Shown here in pieces: positions 1-3,275 of a stretch of 3,275 nt of DNA (positions are counted from its first letter, which is position 1; each line of letters begins with the position of its first letter). The notes under the pieces were generated by a model. That model did not search any database and was not told where the DNA came from. It worked only from the letters and a program-made list of their open reading frames with translations. Source of the stretch: Naegleria gruberi (Eukaryota); assembly GCA_000004985.1 (NCBI GenBank), contig GG739229.1; one strand, written 5' to 3'. A program made the position numbers and the translations under genes.

Positions 1-818
1 ATAATCAAAGAGTATGTATTTCCAAACCTACCATTAAGATCTGTCTTCCATAATTGGAAGGAATAGATTGAAGTGTAGTAATTTGGGATGAGTCCAGTAA
101 AGAAGGTTTGAAGCAAGATTTTTGGGGATAATGAGAGTTGAGACTTGTCAATAATTGGGGCATTGTCAAAGGATAGGAGAATTGACATGGAGGTTTTATA
201 TTCATCCACATGATAACTGACATCTCTAGGAAAGCTTATTGGAATTGAAGCTCTCATATTGCTAACCGGATGAATAACACCTTGCATGTAGTATTGGAAG
301 GAAAATGATGTTTCTCTAATTTGAGAAAAAGTTATTGTAAAATTACTAGTCAGTTCAAATTCTCCAAAATTCTCATATTGAATATCGAACTTTAAGAGTT
401 GATTTCTGACTGGATCCTTCCTAACGCCAACTATTTGCATTCCATAAGGATCTACATTCTTCAAAATTGATCTTTGCGTATTCACAGTGATTTTACATGA
501 GTTCACATTTTCACATGACAGATTTGTAAAGTCAAATGAAAACATTTCTGATTCGAATGTATCAAAAAAGAATCTAGCATTAATCTTACTATGTGTGAGG
601 GAATAGTTTCCACTCCATTTACCATTCCTATCGAAATCCAACGTCATGGTTCCATGTAGATTTGGAACAGCAAGTTGATACATGACTATTTTAGATGTGT
701 CCACTGCATAATCGAGACCAAAATGATGAAATTCTCTAATAGGTTCCTGTGTGTTTCCACAACCAACAAGGGCAAGCAATAGAACTACTAATATCAATAA
801 GAAAATATAACCTCTCAT
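1..818 (-). CDS. Partial CDS for a secreted, probably N-glycosylated protein of unknown family. The 5' end is complete and the 3' end runs past the window start. An N-terminal signal peptide is followed by two tandem diverged copies of a domain about 195 aa long.
   Basis: ATG at complement(816..818). I checked every plus-strand triplet starting at positions congruent to 0 mod 3 from 3 to 818 by hand and found no tta, cta or tca (minus-strand stops), so 272 codons are open to the window edge. The nearest upstream in-frame stop is at complement(972..974). Translation: MRGYIFLLILVVLLLALVGCGNTQEPIREFHHFGLDYAVDTSKIVMYQLAVPNLHGTMTLDFDRNGKWSGNYSLTHSKINARFFFDTFESEMFSFDFTNLSCENVNSCKITVNTQRSILKNVDPYGMQIVGVRKDPVRNQLLKFDIQYENFGEFELTSNFTITFSQIRETSFSFQYYMQGVIHPVSNMRASIPISFPRDVSYHVDEYKTSMSILLSFDNAPIIDKSQLSLSPKILLQTFFTGLIPNYYTSIYSFQLWKTDLNGRFGNTYSLI... 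An open frame this long is extremely unlikely by chance in AT-rich DNA. The ORF track omits it, apparently because it has no stop inside the window. Confidence 0.8.
   Translation of the reverse strand, partial: MRGYIFLLILVVLLLALVGCGNTQEPIREFHHFGLDYAVDTSKIVMYQLAVPNLHGTMTLDFDRNGKWSGNYSLTHSKINARFFFDTFESEMFSFDFTNLSCENVNSCKITVNTQRSILKNVDPYGMQIVGVRKDPVRNQLLKFDIQYENFGEFELTSNFTITFSQIRETSFSFQYYMQGVIHPVSNMRASIPISFPRDVSYHVDEYKTSMSILLSFDNAPIIDKSQLSLSPKILLQTFFTGLIPNYYTSIYSFQLWKTDLNGRFGNTYSLI
759..818 (-). other. Predicted N-terminal signal peptide of the minus-strand CDS (M-R-G-Y followed by a 15-residue hydrophobic core, then G-C)
   Basis: Residues 1-20 are MRGYIFLLILVVLLLALVGC. This has a basic n-region (R2), an uninterrupted L/I/V/A core and a small-residue cleavage region (A-L-V-G-C-G-N). 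Downstream sequons NYS, NLS and NFT fit a secretory-pathway protein. Confidence 0.65.
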
Positions 819-853
819 ATATGATTCTATTTTTTTTCTGTTTTGCTGTGAAC

Positions 854-890
854 ATATTGTCGTTTTAGTAATAGTGTGCACAAATAAATT
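854..890. repeat. Left arm of a long-range inverted repeat (28 bp perfect at 854-881, plus 9 bp after an indel at 882-890)
   Basis: The reverse complement of 854-881 is gtgcacactattactaaaacgacaatat, identical to 1928-1955. The reverse complement of 882-890 is aatttattt, matching 1909-1917 after a 10-bp insertion (1918-1927) in the right copy. Confidence 0.75.
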
Positions 891-1061
891 CATAAATCCA
901 TGAATATTCAGGGCCAAATAAGAAAATAATGAAATAATAAAGAAATCGAGTACAGTGAGTTTACAGCGATATTATTTACGTTTCGTAGATGCCCTTTGAA
1001 AAAAAATTTTAAATTTTTCAACAACCTTTTGCAAGCACTTCAAAAATATTTTTATCGCCCT

Positions 1062-1100
1062 TAATAATTCAAAGAAAATGAGAATATTTTTGAATTATTA
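1062..1100. repeat. 12-bp perfect inverted repeat (taataattcaaa / tttgaattatta) with a 15-nt spacer
   Basis: 1062-1073 taataattcaaa is the reverse complement of 1089-1100 tttgaattatta. It lies inside the interior bracketed by the long inverted repeat. The adjacent 12-bp palindrome aaaaatattttt is at 1041-1052. Confidence 0.5.
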
Positions 1101-1475
1101 TAGAGTTCCAGTGATAGTGATAGTGAACAATTAATATTGAAACCAACACATAGATTTTAAGATATAGTTACTCTCATTCACCAATATTTTGAATTAATGG
1201 TGTCACCATCACATGTCTGTAGAATGACTATACTATATTTAATTTTAAATTGTTGACTTTTTTGTGCTTAATTGACTTGAAGATACTGAGCCATCAATAT
1301 GAAACTTTCTCAGATTGTTCTCCTCATCAAGGGGAGTGTATTCATATTTGATACTTGTATGATATTTTATAAATTGACTGAGAGGGAGCGAAATCTTTTT
1401 ATTGAAATGTGACAATTTGACAGATTGTTATTATTATCATATTGAATTCTATTCTAACAATGTGAAATTGATACA

Positions 1476-1660
1476 AGATGTATAGTAGTGTGATTAAATG
1501 TATCTGGTAAAGTTACAGGATGATTGGATGTACTTTCAATGAGATGGAGTGTTCACTAGGAAATACATAGTGTTGACATTGAACATTATGATTAATTTTA
1601 GAATGTAGTTTGAAATGTTTCTAAACTTATTGTGGATGTATTTCATTGATGTATACTCTT
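1476..1660. repeat. Degenerate (G/A)ATGTA-rich low-complexity block
   Basis: GATGTA or AATGTA occurs at about 1478, 1498, 1528, 1601, 1612, 1636 and 1651. There is no ORF here. Confidence 0.35.
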
Positions 1661-1690
1661 AACTGATTCCCAAGAGAGTGTCAGCTAAAA

Positions 1691-1698
1691 CTGTTTCT
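1691..1698 (+). promoter_or_regulatory. Degenerate 21U-RNA (Ruby) core motif CTGTTTCT, one mismatch to CTGTTTCA, with an A-rich 5' flank (taaaaCTGTTTCT)
   Basis: It has 7 of 8 matches to the core and sits in an AT-rich spacer context. Candidate T starts at 1737-1738 lie about 39-40 nt downstream, but there is no clean YRNT. Confidence 0.2.
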
Positions 1699-1908
1699 TC
1701 AATTTTTACGTTTTTTCAAAAATCAGAATTAAAAAATTATAAAATAGGGGCACTAAAAACACAGTAAAGAGAAGAAAAACTTGTTTTTGAAGGGCATTCA
1801 CTTTTAACAACTACGATTTTTAAGGGGTGATTGAAAAAAAACCCAGTAATCGCTGTAATCAAGTTAAATGTCTTTATTTGTTGAGTAAGGTATAAAAGAA
1901 GCTGCGGA

Positions 1909-1955
1909 AATTTATTTCATCAATAGAGTGCACACTATTACTAAAACGACAATAT
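1909..1955. repeat. Right arm of the long-range inverted repeat
   Basis: 1928-1955 gtgcacactattactaaaacgacaatat is the exact reverse complement of 854-881. 1909-1917 aatttattt matches the reverse complement of 882-890. Confidence 0.75.
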
Positions 1956-2504
1956 TGCAGCTGAATTGAATGAAATATTTGCACTATTTTAAGGGCAATT
2001 TTTTGGGCAATTTTACGGACCAATAAATCGGAGTTGGAATCACGAAATTAAAAACCCAAATTATCAAACTTTAGTTTTTAATTCAGCTGAAGGACCAAAC
2101 AAAAAGACAAAACCTACAGCACCACAAATCGTCGGGATGAGGTGCATTCATCGTGATATAGCCATTCAATTAAAATGTGAAATATCAAACGGCACAACTC
2201 TGCTTTAATTTAAATATTCGGAACATTTGTTATTAGTATCAAACTCCACACATTACAAATTAAAAAATCAATCCAAGAAATTAAATCCAAAAAGCCATCA
2301 TCCACCTCATCCAACTCCACTATTCATACCACAAAGTTTCTTTCACATGTTGCTTGATGTAATATTTTTTTTCAGGCATTAAAGCTTCATGTTCCTATTA
2401 GAATCGTAGAAGGAACACATTTCTAATTGGCATCAATTCCGAAAAGCAATTCTGGAAATCTGCTTACTTCACAAAAACGAAAAAACTGTCTCGAAATCAA
2501 TCCT

Positions 2505-2521
2505 CTCTCTTTTTCTCTCTT
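2505..2521. repeat. Polypyrimidine (CT)n-like tract ctctctctttttctctctt
   Basis: This is a direct read of the sequence. It would be a GA-rich (GAGA-type) element on the minus strand. Confidence 0.5.
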
Positions 2522-2606
2522 ATCGTTAGAGTACTCGTATTCAAAATGTTAATTTGAATAATAAAAATTTGTAATAAAGAAAAAGAAGTGATGAATGGAT
2601 CGCATA

Positions 2607-2629
2607 CGACTAATTCTACCGACTAATCC
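2607..2629. repeat. Short direct repeat cgactaattc / cgactaatcc
   Basis: 2607-2616 and 2620-2629 match at 9 of 10 positions, 13 bp apart. Confidence 0.4.
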
Positions 2630-2695
2630 GAAAGTACTATTACACACACGAACGTTTAACGTTGCAACTCCTAATAGGACGAAAAGGTTAGGTTT

Positions 2696-2801
2696 CTAGG
2701 CAGTGCCTTAGCGAATTAATGTTACTTTGTTTAATAGTAGAAGTAACATTCATTGGTGCCTTTATTCGAAATTGATTGGTAGTGAATGTATCACTGCCTA
2801 G
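2696..2801. repeat. Nested inverted-repeat (hairpin-in-hairpin) structure: a 10-bp outer stem enclosing a 14-bp stem with a 13-nt loop
   Basis: Outer stem: 2696-2705 ctaggcagtg is the reverse complement of 2792-2801 cactgcctag. Inner stem: 2714-2727 aattaatgttactt pairs with 2741-2754 aagtaacattcatt at 13 of 14 positions, and the central 10 bp are perfect. An additional small hairpin is at 2782-2798 (gtagtga / tcactgc). Confidence 0.55.
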
Positions 2802-2925
2802 CTGGTTACTGTATCGAATTATTCGAAAGCAATGTTTGCTATCGTGATTGAATGCAACATTTGGAAATGATAAAAATCAAGAAGGTAGCTTTGCATCTAG
2901 GAAGAGATTCGAACACTTTCGAATA

Positions 2926-2933
2926 GTGTTTCA
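2926..2933 (+). promoter_or_regulatory. Near-consensus 21U-RNA core GTGTTTCA (one mismatch at the first position), with a downstream CATT small motif placing a T at 2972
   Basis: GTTTCA, the most conserved part of the core, is intact. A YRNT (c-a-t-T) ends 39 nt after the core. The predicted 21-mer is TGTAATTCTTTATTTATTGCA at 2972-2992. Confidence 0.2.
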
Positions 2934-3081
2934 TCTGTCTTCACTGCTTCAGAATGTTTTATCCTTCTCATTGTAATTCTTTATTTATTGCATTTGTCCA
3001 TAACCATGCAAAATTTAATCCAAAAATCAAATATTTGGCAATTTCCACTTAACAATTCCATCAAGCAGTGTGAGAAATCTG

Positions 3082-3102
3082 CCTTTCATCCTCAAATATT
3101 AA
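3082..3102 (-). ncRNA. Predicted 21U-RNA (piRNA), 5'-TTAATATTTGAGGATGAAAGG-3'
   Basis: The 21 nt begin with the T at minus-strand position 3102, positioned by the upstream CTGTTTCA core and the TATT small motif. The 5' U is as expected for a 21U-RNA. Confidence 0.35.
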
Positions 3103-3142
3103 ATACAGAAAAGAAAACACACTGCAACATTTGTATCATGCT

Positions 3143-3150
3143 TGAAACAG
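3143..3150 (-). promoter_or_regulatory. Exact 21U-RNA (piRNA) upstream core motif CTGTTTCA on the minus strand
   Basis: The plus strand 3143-3150 reads tgaaacag, which is CTGTTTCA on the minus strand. The downstream spacer is AT-rich, and a YRNT small motif (TATT) ends with its T 41 nt past the core, which is the expected spacing for C. elegans type-I 21U loci. Confidence 0.5.
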
Positions 3151-3275
3151 CTGTCAACTTGCCAAAAACAGTAATGCAATAATATGAAGACTTGTGAAGG
3201 CAGCACTGTCCCAAATGTTTAAAAAATCGCATCCTTTCTCTAAAAAAGAAGCACCATTAATTATATAAAAATCGT

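Larger units (their letters stand above)
854..1955. mobile_element. Candidate non-autonomous DNA transposon or foldback element of about 1.1 kb, bounded by 28-37 bp terminal inverted repeats, with no internal ORF
   Basis: The inverted-repeat arms sit at the two ends and the interior is AT-rich and non-coding, with smaller internal palindromes. Both arms end in ATAT, so a TA target-site duplication is possible but ambiguous. No clean target-site duplication is visible. The call is an inference from structure only. Confidence 0.3.

Noticed and set aside
5-223. Track ORF, 72 aa, minus strand (MSVIMWMNIKPP...)
   Set aside because: It lies entirely inside the 272-codon minus-strand ORF but in a different reading frame (triplets starting at positions congruent to 2 mod 3, versus 0 mod 3 for the long ORF). 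An in-frame TAA sits immediately upstream at complement(236..238). It is an alternative-frame artefact of the real CDS.
759-775. Bacterial-type lipobox (L-A-L-V-G-C) at the end of the signal peptide
   Set aside because: The context is eukaryotic (sparse ORFs, nematode splice and piRNA motifs). In a eukaryote this is simply the c-region of a secretory signal peptide.
1138-1145. Minus-strand TGGTTTCA and other GTTTC-containing 8-mers (1298-1305, 1612-1619, 2336-2343) as 21U cores
   Set aside because: Each has two or more mismatches to CTGTTTCA, including within the conserved positions, and no appropriately spaced YRNT.
1299-1412. 37-aa plus-strand ORF MKLSQIVLLIKGSVFIFDTCMIFYKLTERERNLFIEM with a mildly hydrophobic N-terminus
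   Set aside because: It is too short to support as a gene and there is no splice-donor context to extend it. It is likely a chance ORF in AT-rich DNA.
2052-2075. SL1/SL2 spliced-leader RNA gene (acccaaattatcaaactttag)
   Set aside because: It resembles the SL1 sequence GGTTTAATTACCCAAGTTTGAG only superficially, with no contiguous match and no Sm-site context.
2356-2420. Canonical C. elegans 3' splice acceptor ttttttttcag|G at 2356-2366, suggesting a plus-strand exon
   Set aside because: All three plus-strand frames hit stops within 17 codons or fewer downstream of 2367 (the longest being 16 codons to TAA at 2415). No exon is supportable. The string does support the nematode origin of the sequence.
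2586-2720. Possible C/D box snoRNA (GTGATGA C-box at 2588-2594)
   Set aside because: There is no CTGA D-box anywhere in the following 130 nt, and no terminal stem pairing with the C-box flank.
2895-2930. tRNA-like T-arm on the minus strand (aagtgTTCGAATctctt, with a GTTCGAATC T-loop consensus)
   Set aside because: The T-stem pairs at only 4 of 5 positions, and no complementary acceptor 5' strand (atctagg) exists about 65 nt upstream. No D-arm or anticodon arm could be built. At best this is a tRNA-derived fragment, and more likely coincidental TTCGAA palindromes, which recur in this block.
2988-3182. Track ORF, 64 aa, plus strand (MHLSITMQNLIQKS...)
   Set aside because: It is low-complexity and AT-driven, with no recognisable features. 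It is the only such ORF in 2.4 kb of otherwise closed frames, and it overlaps the minus-strand 21U-RNA motif and predicted piRNA. This is most likely a chance ORF.

Overview
This 3,275-bp window is AT-rich (roughly one-third GC) and reads like nematode genomic DNA. The Caenorhabditis assignment is an inference from a canonical ttttttttcag 3' splice-acceptor string at 2356-2366 and an exact CTGTTTCA 21U-RNA (piRNA) promoter core. There is one clear protein-coding feature. A minus-strand ORF, uninterrupted for 272 codons, starts at an ATG at 816-818 and runs off the window start (coordinates 1-818, frame checked by hand codon by codon). The supplied ORF track does not list it, presumably because it lacks an in-window stop. 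It encodes a secreted protein: the N-terminal signal peptide is MRGYIFLLILVVLLLALVGC, and there are three N-x-S/T sequons. The protein shows an internal duplication of about 195 aa with conserved [VI]PN and D-x-NG-[KR]-[WF]-x-GN-x-YSL motifs. I cannot place it in a named family from sequence alone.

The remaining roughly 2.4 kb has no ORF of 60 aa or more. It contains:
- a 28-bp perfect long-range inverted repeat (854-881 and 1928-1955), extending to about 37 bp with one indel, that brackets about 1.05 kb starting 36 bp upstream of the start codon; this is a candidate TIR or foldback element;
- an exact minus-strand 21U-RNA motif at 3143-3150, with a downstream YRNT/T at the expected spacing predicting a 21U-RNA at 3082-3102, plus two degenerate plus-strand motif copies;
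- a nested inverted-repeat structure at 2696-2801, with a 14-bp stem hairpin inside a 10-bp outer stem, lying within a locally GC-richer non-coding block (2590-2960) that has recurring ATTCGAA and AACGTT palindromes;
- several short palindromes, direct repeats and low-complexity tracts.

No tRNA, rRNA or CRISPR was found.
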